From Batkoa obscura (Eukaryota), in assembly GCA_030770535.1 (NCBI GenBank), contig JASVEC010000003.1, positions 248,001 to 312,000 on the forward strand: a stretch of 64,000 bases of DNA, in the 5' to 3' direction. The notes below the pieces were generated by a model. It worked only from the letters and a program-made list of their open reading frames with translations, had not been told where the DNA came from and did not search any database. The position numbers and the translations under genes were made by a program. Of this stretch, positions 51,073 through 64,000 are shown in pieces (the first letter of the stretch is position 1; each line of letters starts with the position of its first letter).

Positions 51073-51244
51073 CTTAATAGATGACTATGATACTTTTGTT
51101 AATTTAAAATAAAATAATTATAAAAAATAGCATCTTTTTTTATTTATATAAACTGTAAAGCTATCAGAATTTCTATAGGATTGAGTAAAGATAGATGATA
51201 TTGGTGATATTTACATCTTTTATAAAATAAAACTAACAATAATA

Positions 51245-52069
51245 CAGTATAACGGATTTGGTCCAAAATCATAAGGTTTTAAAGCTGTTTGAGCTGTTTG
51301 AAAGCTCTGAGCATTTTCCAAGTGTGGTTTCATAATTATTGAAGATGTAAAGTTTGAGCTAAGAAAGTTTAATCAAATTGCATCCAAAATTATAGTATAA
51401 TAATTACTATTTTTAGTAATTATTGAAAAGATGAGGTAATTTAATTTAGCTCAATTTTTTGACTGATTTCATTTAAATTAAATTATTATATAAAACAATA
51501 TAATAGCATATATATATATCATTACTTTATTTTTTTACTCTTCTACTTTCATTATATGGCTGTTTTATACTTAGTTGAAACTTCAAATATGGTAAGACTA
51601 TACTAATTTGATATTTGTTAAATACAATTAAAATAAATGGATACTTTCTACTAACATTTTCGTTTTTTAGCTTTAGGATCTAAATAATTTGTTAATAGAA
51701 ATTAAATTCAGAAATATTGCTAATTTAATGACTGCTTAAATTTAATCCCTCAAAAAGCTAAGCCATTCAATGGAATTGGCTCAGAACTTTTGAATAATTG
51801 CTTTTATAAACTGCCTACAAAATTTTAGTGTTAAGTTGTGATGGAGATTGCTCAGAGCTTTATAAATGGGGATGTATTTTTTTATTTAAGAATTTACTAA
51901 CAATCTTTCTGCTCAAATAGCGCTTAAAAAATGGAAAAAGTAATGAAACAAAAAAAAATCCTCAAATTTTGCTCAGAACTTTAAATTTCAAATAATTGGT
52001 TATTGAATTAGCTCAGCTTTTTAACAGTTTTTCAAAGCTTGATAATTTTAGTCCAAATCTGTTATAATT
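51245..52069. mobile_element. ~825-bp non-autonomous TA-flanked (Tc1/mariner-like) element with subterminal GCTCAG repeats
   Basis: TA-CAGTATAACGGATTTGGTCCAAAAT ... ATTTTAGTCCAAATCTGTTATAATT-TA; imperfect TIR of ~45 bp. Confidence 0.7.
51864..51967 (-). mobile_element. AWWT MITE copy (nested)
   Basis: AAAT/AAAT flanks. Confidence 0.88.
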
Positions 52070-52474
52070 TAAATACTCTTTATAAGATTTTCCATTGCAA
52101 TATATTATAACCAGAACGCAGGCAATTAAAGTGAAAGAAAATAAATTAAAGGCCCTCTATCATAACACTTTATAGTAAATTACGTAGTAACTAGAGCACG
52201 ATAGTTCAAAGAATACTTTTAATCAATATTTATTACTAAACAATTTTACCTCAATTATGTCAAATTTTACATAAATTACACTAAATTTCTACAATTATCT
52301 AAACTCAATAATCCAAACATAAGTTCTTAACTTCCCAGCATAATTGAAATTTCTAAATAACATTCACCAATCAAAATCATTGAACTAGGGTCTCAATCAA
52401 TTACACATTTTAAGCAAAACTATAAAAACAAAACAAATCACTTTCAAAATGAAAATTAATAATTTTTTATAAAA

Positions 52475-53335
52475 ATGAATCCTAACAATTCCAATCGAAA
52501 CGATGGCTATGGGGTATATGAACCTATACCACAACATATTAATCCACCAGGTTATTCCGAGTCCAATACAAATCCTAAAAAGTATAATTCATCTCAACCT
52601 AACGATTATGTTGACTATCCACAAACCAATGTCAATAGCAGTGGTCCAAGCGCTGATGATTTTTTATATGGTTCATCAGTAGCTGATTGCGATATCAGTA
52701 TCCGACAAGCCTTTATATTTAAAGTATATTCTATTTTAACCGTTCAATTATTAGCTACTGCCTTTTTTAGTATATTATTTTCTTCTGTAAACTCAATTCA
52801 ATCATTTTTATTTCGAAATGTATGGATAGTCTATGTATCAATGGGATTAACTATTGTAAATATGATTTTACTTTTATGGAAACGTCATAGTTATCCCTTA
52901 AACTTTGTATTATTGAGTAGTTTTACAGTATTGGAAAGTGTGGGTTTAGGGGTAACTATTTCATTTTATAGTCAATTAGTGGTATTACAAGCCTTAATAT
53001 TAACCCTTGGTATTTTTATTGTATTAACATTAATTGCTTTACAATCCAAATATGATTTTACTAGTTGGCAGCCATATCTTGGTGTTGCACTTTGGATTGT
53101 TATATTATTATCGTTTGTTCAAATTTTCTTCCCGTTTGGTTCTACTTTTGAGTTAGCTATTGCTATTGGTACTGCTATCTTATTTTGTGGTTATATTTTA
53201 GTCGATACTCACATGCTCATGAGTCGACTCAATCCAGATGAATATATTGTGGCTTCAGTAGAACTTTATTTGGATATTCTTAATTTATTTTTGGCTATTT
53301 TAAGGATTTTGGGATCTTCTAATGATAGGGATTAA
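52475..53335 (+). CDS. BXI1: Bax inhibitor-1/TMBIM (lifeguard) family membrane protein
   Basis: IRQAFIFKVYSILTVQL, QSKYDF, DEYIVASVELYLDILNLF; 7 TM segments. Confidence 0.93.
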   Translation: MNPNNSNRNDGYGVYEPIPQHINPPGYSESNTNPKKYNSSQPNDYVDYPQTNVNSSGPSADDFLYGSSVADCDISIRQAFIFKVYSILTVQLLATAFFSILFSSVNSIQSFLFRNVWIVYVSMGLTIVNMILLLWKRHSYPLNFVLLSSFTVLESVGLGVTISFYSQLVVLQALILTLGIFIVLTLIALQSKYDFTSWQPYLGVALWIVILLSFVQIFFPFGSTFELAIAIGTAILFCGYILVDTHMLMSRLNPDEYIVASVELYLDILNLFLAILRILGSSNDRD

Positions 53336-53536
53336 TAAGTAGTATTAGTTTATTAAAGTATATTTTTTTAATGCTTATTTATATCATTGTTTTTTATGAT
53401 TTTTATTTTATTTTCTTAAAGTAATTGCATAAATTAATTATGCTTAAGTATTATTCTTTTGCAATGACTTCCAAAAATAAACTTTTGAATTTTAAATTAT
53501 TACTTTTTTACCTTTCTTTTTAACTAAAATTCAAAA

Positions 53537-54207
53537 ATGACCATTTCAACCAGCAACAATGAAACAATAATATCTAGGTCTGTTACAAAAGGTAAGCCAG
53601 ATCTCGTATTAAAAGTAATAAATTGAATACTCAGTTATAATTTTAAAAGAACCCGACACTGGTATTATTGATCTCAGCAATCACAATTCCATTCCTTATA
53701 GGGAAGGTTTTATGAAATATCGTAATTCAATAACAAAAGAAACTTTGAGAGTTTATTTAAGTCAATTAACTTCATCTTCTTCCAACAACACTTCAATTAA
53801 AGAAATTACAAAACCTAGTCAACATGGAGAATATAGTAGGAATCGAACCTTTTTCGGTTCAACCGTAGTATCTAAAAATGAACTTTTAAATCCATTTGAA
53901 AAGAAAGAAGAAATACGAGGAGTGAAAGAAGAGATAAAAGAAAATAAAGTAATGAAAGGAGAAGAATTTTTATTATTTGAAAAAGGTAATTAATAGATAT
54001 TATAATAAAGTTTCTATTAATGCTATTGATTTACTAGTATTTGAAGAAAGAAAATCAAAATCATCTCAATTAGATAAAAAAGAAGAAGTTAAATTAAAAG
54101 TTATTGACCCTAAATTAAAACATTTAATTATTGGTTATATATCGATTATTTTATTTAGTGTATTAAAAGCAAGTTGGTGGTAAGTAAAATGAATTAGTTA
54201 TTATTTA

Positions 54208-54239
<32 letters not shown>

Positions 54240-54704
54240 TTATTATTCTTATTATATATTGATGATCTATTTTTTTTAGTTATTTTAGTTCTAATAATAC
54301 CAAATGTATTGATGGACCATTTTATACTGGTAAGGAAAAACTATTATTTATATTGAATTCAAAATAATGATAATTAATATTTTATTTATATATTAGTTAT
54401 ATTATTATTATTATTTTACCCATTTTTGTTATTGTATGTTCAAGACTATTTTAAATTACAAAATTTAAAAAAATTATACCCATTTTTATTTGGTAGTAAG
54501 TGATTGATTTATCTTTTATATTAAGAAATTAACCTTTTATTTTATTTTATTTTATAGAACCTACATTAGAAATAGTTAAAAAAGAACCTAGTGAAAATGG
54601 TAAGTATTAAATTATTTATCTCAATAAATATTTTTATCTTTATTTTAGATAAAATAATTGCTAATTCCAAATCTTTAAATGCCTACTTTAAAAATCCAAT
54701 ATAA
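53537..54704 (+). CDS. Multi-exon hypothetical membrane protein (about 7 exons)
   Basis: ATG at 53537; series of gtaag...tag introns joining the 53712 and 53977 ORF fragments and several short exons; two hydrophobic segments. The exact frame through the micro-exons was not verified. Confidence 0.6.
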
Positions 54705-54775
54705 ATATTAATTAAAATATAAATATTATAATTTTTTTCATTTTTTAAAATCTATATTCTATCCTATTAATTAAC

Positions 54776-54881
54776 ATTTGGGAGTGTTTTTTTTGACTTC
54801 ATTATTTTTTCCATTTTTAAGCGCTATTTGGGCGGAAAAATTATTAGTAAAATTCTTAAACACAAAAATACATCCCCATTT
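54776..54881 (+). mobile_element. AWWT MITE copy
   Basis: ATTT/ATTT flanks. Confidence 0.9.
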
Positions 54882-55006
54882 ATTAATAAATTATTATATA
54901 AAAAAGTTGAATTTTAATAGAAAGATATCAAATAGTTTTATTAAATTTCAAAATAAAAAACTAATAATCGAACTTCATCTCAATCTCTATCCTTTTCTCT
55001 TTTTTC

Positions 55007-58000
55007 TTAAATCATAGCCATAGTAGAATATAACTTATTATCATAAGCCGAATAAGTTAATGCCAATTTAGTCAACATATAGGGAATAGTAGCCTCTGGA
55101 GAATTTGGATTTTTACTTCCCACTTCCAAAATTTGATGATAAGCTTCCAATGATAATTTCCACAAAGTTGCTTTTTCCGAATCTGTATAAACAGTAGCTG
55201 TCCTCATATAATGAGTTAAAAAAGTCACTTCACCAACAAAAGTACCTGGTAATATAGATTCCATTGTATATTCAACTAAAGATTGAGTGGATGGATCCAT
55301 AGTTGGAATTTTAACTCGAAGTAAACCATTTTCAAGTATATAAATAGCATCTGGTTTATCACCAGATTTCCATAATATATCATTAAAATTATACTCCACT
55401 TTTTCAAAATATTGAGCTAATTGATGTAAGGAAGGATAGTTTACATCTTCAATTTCTTGAAATGCTTGTAATAATAAACCTAAAGGTTGACGTGCATTTT
55501 TTATTAATGATGAAGTTTCATGAACTAAAAGTAATTAGTTAATATTTAAATTTTATATTATTAATATTAAAAAATTACTTTGTGAATAAACTTTGATTGC
55601 TGCTTCTTCAATTTGTCGATTACGTGGTGAAGATGAATAATCAGCTTCAAGTAATGGATAAGTACCAGAAGTACCTAAAAGAAAAGAGTTATTATTAATG
55701 TTAATATTAATATTATTATATATTGTTATATAATATATAATATATAATATATATTATATATTATATAACAATATATTATATAACAATATAATCTATTTTA
55801 ATAATAAAATTAAATTACCTAAATGGGTTGATAATCTAGAAGATACTTGATTATTTTGTTTAGCTAATTGATAAAAATTGGATAATAAAGTATTTTCACA
55901 CCATTCTAATGCTTGATTACATTTTTCAAAATATTTAACATAACCTTCATTATTAGATGACCAAATACCTGCTTTTCTTAATGCACTACCAGTATCCGAA
56001 TCTAATGTTACTCCAGATATTACTAAATAAATACTATTGGAAGATAATCGATATAAAATTCTAGAAAAAGCATCTGTAGCTGAAAAATCAATACCCCCAA
56101 CTAATGTAAAATCTAATATAATAAATCGAATTGGTGCTGTACGATGTTGATGTCCTTTTAATATTTGAGATATAGAATGATCCAATTGATGAATTGTACC
56201 AAAAAACATAAAACCTTGTAATGTAATTAATTTCACTTGATTACCAACAGTTTCTAAAAAGGTTCTTTGATGATATAATCGACGTACTGTTGATGTAACA
56301 CATGTACCATCAGAAATAGTTTTAATTGGTGATCGATGAGAATAAATTAATACAAAAAACATACAAGCTAATACAATTCCAAAAAATATACCTTCAATAA
56401 ATCCAACAAATCCCATTGTTAATACTATTAAAACAATAGTAATATATTCTAAGGGATGTACTATTGTATATGTATCATATACTGCTTCTTTAATTAATTC
56501 AATACCCATATGAAATATTAATGCACCAACTAATGGAGTTGGTATAAATCCTACTATAGATGGTCCTAATAATAATATAATAAAAGTACATAAAGCTAAT
56601 AATAAACCAGCTACTCGACTACCACCACCAGATCTTATAAATATTACTGAATTTGAATAAATTAAATAATTTTGTACAGAACCAAATAACCCAGAAGTTA
56701 AGTTAGATATACCATGTCCAACTAATTCTCTATTAACATCAATATCTTGAATTCGAGTACTTACTGCTAAAGCAGGTACATTAATTGGTACATGTAATAT
56801 ACCAAAAAAAGTTAATGCAAAAATAGCAGGAATGACTTTAGGTAAAGTTGACCAAGATATTAAATAAATATTAAAATTTAAATAAAAGTCATAAAAGGGT
56901 TTGATTGGTGTTGGTAATGGAAATAACCAACCAATTTGTCTTAATGTATTTAAATTGCCATTCAATAAAAATACAAACATATAAAATAGAATTGGTATTA
57001 AAAAGAAAAAACAAGGTGTAACTAAAGGATGTTTGATTATTCTTGTAGCTATTTGTAATATTAAAGATAACATTAATGAACTTGTCCATAAAGGTAATAA
57101 TTCAACTGAAAAATAACTTGTCCATATAGACCAATCAAAAGTGGGACTCAATTTAGTAGTTAATTCCATAGCAGTAGCTAATAAAAATACACCCACACCA
57201 CCAATACAACCAATTAATATATGCCTTGGAAAGAATTCCATTAAAGAACCTAATTTATACCAACCTAAACCTAAAAATACAATTCCAGTAACAATAGTAC
57301 TTAATGCATATGCTACCATAACTGTTGGTATAACATATTGTTTACCAGCTTCTCCTAAATCATTTAATATAATATTACATATAATATGTAAAAAAGGTAC
57401 AACTTCAATCATAAAACCACCATTACCACCACCAAATCTAGAACCTCCACTAGCATAAATTAATTGAGCAATAACAGTACTTAAATAAATAAATAAATAA
57501 AAGATTAATATACATTTATATACATTTATATACATTTATAAAAAATTAAAATTATTTTTTTTATCTTACCTAACTAAAAACATAGATATACCATCTGGAC
57601 CAAAATCTGAAAACATAGGTAAGGCAGTTGGGAAAATAATAATACCAAAGGAAACAGCATCTAATACATTTAACATAGTACCAATTAATACAGCAGGAAT
57701 AGACATAAATCCTGTTTTAAAACAATCAATAATAAATTGTTTTTCTAGAAAATTAGTATTCTTATAAACTTCATTATAAATTTTAATAAATGCATTATCA
57801 CTTTCCATTATAATAGTTTCCCCATCTTGTCTTTTACTTTCTATTGAAGAATAATTATTATTATTGTTATTATTATAATTACCATTATTTGGAAGTAAAT
57901 GAGAATTTTCATGAACTGATATAGGTCTTGAATTAACGACCATTTGTTCTATTCCATCTTTAATTCCTAACATAGGTGACATTGGTCTTGAATTATTAGT

Positions 58001-58572
58001 TGAATTTAATGGACTATTTTTACGACTTTCAATAATTTCTTGTTCAAAATCTTCTTCATCTGATTTTTCTAAATCTTCTTCCATTTCATTAATAGTTGAG
58101 ATATTATTACCCATATGAGAATGAAATGAACCTCTACCAATACTACCAGTTCGTTTATCAGTACTAATCAATTGTGATAAATTAGATTGAAATTGTTCAT
58201 TATTAAAATCTTTTCCAAGGGAAATACCAGAAGTGTGATGAATTATATCTTCAGTTACAGCCATTAAACCTTGATTGGCTAAAGCTAATGTTTGATTACG
58301 AATACTATCACCATCTTGAGTGTAGGAAGCATTATCTATCAATAAAATAATTAGTTAAAATATTGATTCAATAGAAATTCAAAATTATTAAGTTTACCAT
58401 CTTCTGAAGGAGTAGGACGATATAAATTTGAATAATAAGAACGAGTAAATGAAGAAGATAATCGATTATTTTGTAATGAATCATAACTTTGAGATTCTAA
58501 ATCCGTAGGTAAATGTTGATTTAAATGATGAGGACTTTTAGATAGTAAAGTTCGTCCTTTATCTTGACTCAT
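55007..58572 (-). CDS. SulP/SLC26-family transporter with STAS and C-terminal cNMP-binding domain (yeast Vsb1/YGR125W-like), multi-exon
   Basis: NVLDAVSFG, FPRHILIGCIGGVG, LHVPINVPAL, RELVGHGISN, LQGFMFFG, LDF..V.GIDFS and GTFVGE...RTATV. Confidence 0.92.
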
Positions 58573-60381
58573 TTTTTTTAAAATATTAACTTAAAAAATA
58601 GAAATGAAAAAGTAATAGTGGTTTTTTTATCTATTTATTCAAGTTGATAAATTTTATAGACCAATTAGATAATCGATTCGGGATTTATTTTATTTAAATG
58701 TGGCTTCTAAATTTTGATAAAAAAATTGAGAATAATGTTTCAATTTCTTGGAATAAATGGGGGCTTTTAAAATTCTATTTATTATAATAAAATAGAAAGC
58801 TTTATTAAAGTACAAAAAAAAAATTATTTTATATAAAAGTTAACACTTTATAAATAAGCATGTTAGTTTTTAAACTATTCTTCCCTTTTCCCCCTTTCTT
58901 AACTTGTCTTTATTATTGTTACTTTTCTAATCTTTTTAATACAAATCATATAATAAAACTTCAATGTATTATGATAATAAAAGTTAAGCTGATTGTAAAA
59001 TCTAAATAAAATAGAATCTGAAATCAGCTGATTAAAAATAAAATCAATGTGATATTTTTTGATAATAATTTCGATTTATCCCTTTAAAATCTAAATTATC
59101 CGAAGAATCATAGGAAATTAAGATTTTAAAATATAACAAAAAGAACGAATAAAGAAATACAATAATATTCAAATATATAAGATATATCTATAATTGTAAT
59201 AATTTCAATACTTGTTTTTTTAATAACTCATTAATGTTTTTGATGTTTATTTCATTTTATTTCATTTATTCTTTTATATCATAATTTGTTAAGAATTTAA
59301 TCTCAACAATGAAATCAAAAATATTATTGAAATTACTATATTTGTATAAAAAGAATCTTAAATTTACGCCACTTTTTTTTAATTTAAAAACTGGGCTTTT
59401 TTCCTATTTTTGATATGTTTATTTTTACAACTATTAAGAGATAACAATAATAATAATAAAACAATAAGTTCAAATTATTATATAAAATGTTAAATCCATG
59501 TGTTTAATTTTTAAAAATATTTTTATTATAAATAACTTGATTTTATAATTATTGCTTTATTTTTTTCAGCTTAAATAGTATAATTTAAGTTATTGGAAAT
59601 ATTTTTGTTTTTGACAAAATAAAGCTATTATTTTATTAAATTTCCAATATAATAATACAAATAATAGATAAGTTTTATTATTTATTGATATTTGATATAA
59701 GTTAAAGTTTTATCGGATGAGTAAAAGTAGAGTTGAAATTAATAGTAAACTTTAATCAATAGTTTTTATATATTTCATAATTAAATTATTTTGATAGATT
59801 GTTATTATTTTAATAAAAATAATATTTTATTTATTTAGTTTTTATTATTTATTGTGTTTGAACTTATTAAATAATACAGGTTTTATAAAACACTGTATTT
59901 AAATAAAAAAGAAAGTTAAAATTAATTATTTATAACGTTTGTATATAATTAAATAAGTTTATCAACATCATCTAAAAATGATTTATTTATCAATCAAATT
60001 GCAAACATTTGAATATCATTGGTATAAATTTTATTTTACTTTTTCTTTGCATTTCTCTCAAATCAAAATCAACTTTCGGGAGAATTTTAAAAAAATTCTG
60101 AGTTTTCTAATTAAGAAATCTAAATTGTCAAGTTGACCCATTTTCAATAAAGCTAAATAAAATATCTATTCAAAATCAAACTAATGTTTGTTTGAAACAT
60201 AATTTTATTGAAACTGGGTAATATCTATTATAAATAGTTTCTAATTAGAATTACTTTTTATTTTGTTTTTTAAAATAGTCATAGAAATAGTATATATAAG
60301 ATCGTATATGATTTCAAAAAAGTATTACAAATAAACAATAAACTCAAGAGCAAATAACTAATCAGTAAATAAAAACTCAAT

Positions 60382-61041
60382 ATGGCTTCCAAATCAATTC
60401 AATACGTTTCTAATTCTCACGATTCTCCCTTACTCCATCTATCAGAAGGTCCTTTAACATTTAACCCAATATCATCCCAACATCCTTATGGAGATCAAAA
60501 AACTAAGGCAATTATTATCTATCCAATAATAAAAACTGGATGTGTTATAAGAAGCATGGAATTTACATATGAAAAAGGCGAAAAAGTGGATAAAACTTAT
60601 AAATCGACTTATTATTCTTTGACTACTGAATTAATGAATGAGGAGAATCAATTGTTAATGAAATTAACTAAAGCGGAGTTTGAATTATGGTATACAAATT
60701 ATAATATTTATTATATAAATGAGGGGAATGAAAGTAAAGGATATAAAGAAATCAAATTAATTAAAGCGACTATTCAAATTATCCCTTGTTATACATTAAA
60801 AATGACTAAAATCAATGGGGAGATATTAGAATTTGACTTTAAATCATTAAATTTAATGTGTTTTTCATGGGGAGTTTATGATAAGAGTACAGGAAAGGAA
60901 GTTTTAAAGTATGAAAATAATTATTTCAAAGGGGGTGAATTGACTCTTTTTGAGGATTCGGGTATGTTAGATGTATTCTTTTTAATAATTTCTTTTCTTG
61001 CAATTCATTATGAACCATTTCGAAGTAAGATGGAAAATTAA
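60382..61041 (+). CDS. Small uncharacterised protein (219 aa), tubby-C/LURP-one-like pattern
   Basis: Intact intronless ORF; alternating beta-strand pattern; SWGVYD...EVLKY; terminal DVFFLIISFLAI helix. The fold is an inference. Confidence 0.75.
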   Translation: MASKSIQYVSNSHDSPLLHLSEGPLTFNPISSQHPYGDQKTKAIIIYPIIKTGCVIRSMEFTYEKGEKVDKTYKSTYYSLTTELMNEENQLLMKLTKAEFELWYTNYNIYYINEGNESKGYKEIKLIKATIQIIPCYTLKMTKINGEILEFDFKSLNLMCFSWGVYDKSTGKEVLKYENNYFKGGELTLFEDSGMLDVFFLIISFLAIHYEPFRSKMEN

Positions 61042-61809
61042 ATTAAATTTTATATAAGTAAATAACATTGTTACTTATATTTTATGAATGGGAAATAAAC
61101 AAATAAACTATAACTATTTTTTACATGCTTTATTATAAGTGATTATTTATCTGTAAATTATTTATTTAAAATAGATTATAAAAATAATTTTTAATAATAT
61201 AAACCAAGACTTTATACTCTTTAGTTTGGTTTTTATTTTTAATAATTATGGAGCTAATTGAAATCAGAAAAAAACAAACAGTTATGTAAATCCTAGTATA
61301 ATATTTTTGATAATAGTATACTTAATATAAATTAAAAAGCTATAAATATATAAAACTGAATATAAAAAGATTTTATATCAAAAATCCTTTTAAATTATGA
61401 TTTTATCTAAATAAACTTTTTTTTAGAAGCTATTAAAATATTATATATAAAGAAGTATTAAAGTATCATAATTGTTTAGCTTAAATTAAAAAATTAAATA
61501 AAAATAATATTAGTATCTTAAATATAATAAAAAATAAAAAGTTGATATATAAATAAATCATTGTAATTATAATATATTAATAGATCATCTATACTAAGCA
61601 ATATATATAAAATAACAAAATAGATAACATATTTAATAATAATTTTAGTAATAAAATAATAATAATAATAATTTAAATTATTATTATTATATAAACTAAG
61701 ATTTTTTGATTTATAATTAGTTAATTAAGTAAAAACTGCTTTTAACTCTAATTATTAAATATTAATTTTCATAAAGCTTTATATTTTTTTAATATCTTTT
61801 TAATATTTC

Positions 61810-61899
61810 TTTGCTTAAAAATTTTACTAACAATTTTTCCACTCAAATAGCGCTTAAAAAATGGAAAAAGTGATGAGACCAAAAAAAACATCCCCAAAT
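61810..61899 (-). mobile_element. AWWT MITE copy missing one end
   Basis: ttttactaacaatttttccactcaaatagcgcttaaaaaatgg...CATCCCC-AAAT. Confidence 0.85.
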
Positions 61900-62259
61900 A
61901 CTTTAAGTTGTGCTCTCTATTAAAAATAAATTTTTATAGCTTATTATAAATTATGTTAAGATGTAAAATAACTATTTTAAACAGATCTAAGTTAGACATC
62001 CTCCAATTTTTTTTAATTTGTTGGTAATTTCTCTTATGCGAAAATCAAAATTCGATTTTTTTATAATTTATAAATCCACATAAAATGTTCATTGATTTTA
62101 AAAATTTAAAATGTTATCTAATTGCAAGTCATTTTAATGAATCTTTTGCTTCATTTCAATAAAAATAATGACGTCTTTAACTTTCAATAGAAATTTATTG
62201 ATTTTAAAGTTCACTAAAAATAACTAAAAAATTTTAATTATTTTTCCAAAGTATTTATA

Positions 62260-63647
62260 ATGGAAGAAATCAGTAAGCTTCTTAATGATCTTATCAAAAT
62301 TGAGAATATTAGACAGTTAGATGATGAGAATCAATTTGATAGTGGAAGTAGTGAGCACAATAACTCATATAATGAATTTGAAAGTATTAGTAGAGAGGAG
62401 GTTGGCAAATTGAGGTTATATGATGGGGACCGAATTGGCGCTCTTAATAGGTTGGAAGCAACAAAGTTGTTTAATATCAATCCGGAACTTAGAAGAAGAT
62501 ATAATAGATTAAAGAGAATGGTAGCTAATATCAATGAAGAGATGAATGAAATTAAAAAATTGAATGAATTGGAAAAGGAAAAGGAAGAGTTATCAAAACG
62601 TAAAAGGAAGAAAGAAGACCCGGAAGAATTAGCTAAAAAAATCGGCGATGATTTAACTATTAGTGGTTTTTTAAATGGAAAAATTTCGATTCAGGCTGGT
62701 GCCGATTTATTAAATATAAGCTGTGATGCTTTTAATAAAAGAGTTTATAGAAAAAAAAAGGAAATGGGTACTAATAGTGATTTCAGTAATTTTAAAAAAA
62801 AGTGTATAGTAAAATAGTAAATGAGGATGCACAAGATCTTATCCATGATTATATAACAAGGAGTTATGATACTACGTTAAGTCAAGTAAAAGACTTTTTA
62901 TTAACAAAAAAAATCGATATAACTAAACTTGCAATAAGTAGAGTAAAGCATAAGATAGATCTTATATATAAGCAAGGAGCTCAAATTAAAAAAGTATGGA
63001 ATAATAAGGAGACAATTTTAAAAAGAAAACAATATATTGAAGAATATAAAAGATTAGCACCATGTGAGTTTATTTATATTGATGAGATTTATTTCAAACG
63101 GCATGCTATCAGTCGAAGTGAACGTGAGTCTAAAGGATTAAAAGTCTTGTTAACACCAGAATCAACTCGTAAGAGTATTAACTATATTATAGCTGTATCC
63201 AAGTCGGGGATTGAAAGTTATAAAATAATTGATAGGTCGAAGATATTTAGTAATACTCACGACGACTTTGAATATTTTATGTATGAACTTTATTTAAAAA
63301 ACAAACATAAACGAAACGTGTATGTATTTAACAGTGCAAATACAGATGTTATTTCTGATAAGCTAAAAAAGTCGATTCGATCTTGTAATTCATTTATATT
63401 AACTTTGCCGGAATATTCGGTATTTTTGAGCCCACTTGAGTTGTTTTTTAATGCCTTAAAATTCCAAGTTAATAGTTTACCACACGATAATAATTCAGAT
63501 GTCATTAAGAATATAATTAAAGTTCAAAGCAAAATTGGGAATGCCCAACATTGTGAGAATTACTTTCAACAGGCAGGAAATTATATTTCTCCATGTGAAG
63601 ATGGTTCCATGTTTAAAGGTAGCATTTTTGAACCGGATACTTTATAG
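62260..63647 (+). pseudogene. Third transposase-derived paralog, split by a -1 frameshift at ~62801 and truncated by TAG at 63645
   Basis: Two overlapping ORFs collinear with paralogs 1 and 2. An A8 run would give exact alignment length if it were A9. Homology continues past the TAG (LKDIAGRCVENISELLNK). Confidence 0.8.
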
Positions 63648-64000
63648 CTAAAAGACATAGCGGGAAGATGTGTTGAAAACATAAGTGAATTGTTAAACAA
63701 GAATTCAAAAAATAGGAAGAAAGCAAGCGGAAATAAGTGTATTTATTTTTATTTGGCTTTGAGAATCCCAATCTATTATTATAGCAATGTGTTGGTTATT
63801 TTATATAACAAATATTTTAGGATTACCTAGAATTAAAAAATGATTTTTCAGTGAGTTATAAAGATATTGTGATTACTTTACTCAACATTGAAAAAAGGCA
63901 TAGTTTACAGCCTATGTGTTTGTTAAAAGCAAAAGTAAAATAAAAAAATAATAAATGGATAAATTAAAATTGTTGATCAGTAGCGCCAGGAGTACTAGAA

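Noticed and set aside
36091..63505. Antisense ORFs within the transposase-like and SulP genes
   Set aside because: Shadow frames of well-supported genes on the opposite strand.
35043..63647. Fanzor/TnpB or another RNA-guided nuclease associated with the IS630-like genes
   Set aside because: No neighbouring ORF shows RuvC motifs or a TnpB-type zinc finger.

Overview
Very AT-rich eukaryotic DNA with short (~45-65 nt) GT-AG introns and fungal-type genes. I infer an early-diverging fungus such as an entomophthoralean, but the sequence alone does not prove this. Recognisable housekeeping genes: initiator tRNA-Met, an 11-intron cytochrome P450, DPM3, an MCT-type MFS transporter, GH38 alpha-mannosidase, an SDT1-like HAD nucleotidase, SPC2/SPC25, TIM54, a Bax-inhibitor-1 family gene and a SulP-STAS-cNMP transporter. 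The rest is lineage-specific and the main items are: (1) three diverged IS630/Tc1-like transposase genes that all carry Asn at the second catalytic Asp, show no visible TIRs, share an ACGT-core upstream motif and each lie beside a small tubby/LURP-like gene; (2) about 24 copies of a ~99-bp MITE with G-rich/C-rich ends and 4-bp AWWT target duplications; (3) several TA-flanked CAG...CTG MITEs; (4) a divergent pair of unknown proteins with a conserved Cys-rich tail; (5) an array of secreted Lys/Glu-rich proteins; (6) an 8-Cys secreted peptide and its pseudogene. All family calls come from motif recognition by eye. No database searches were run.
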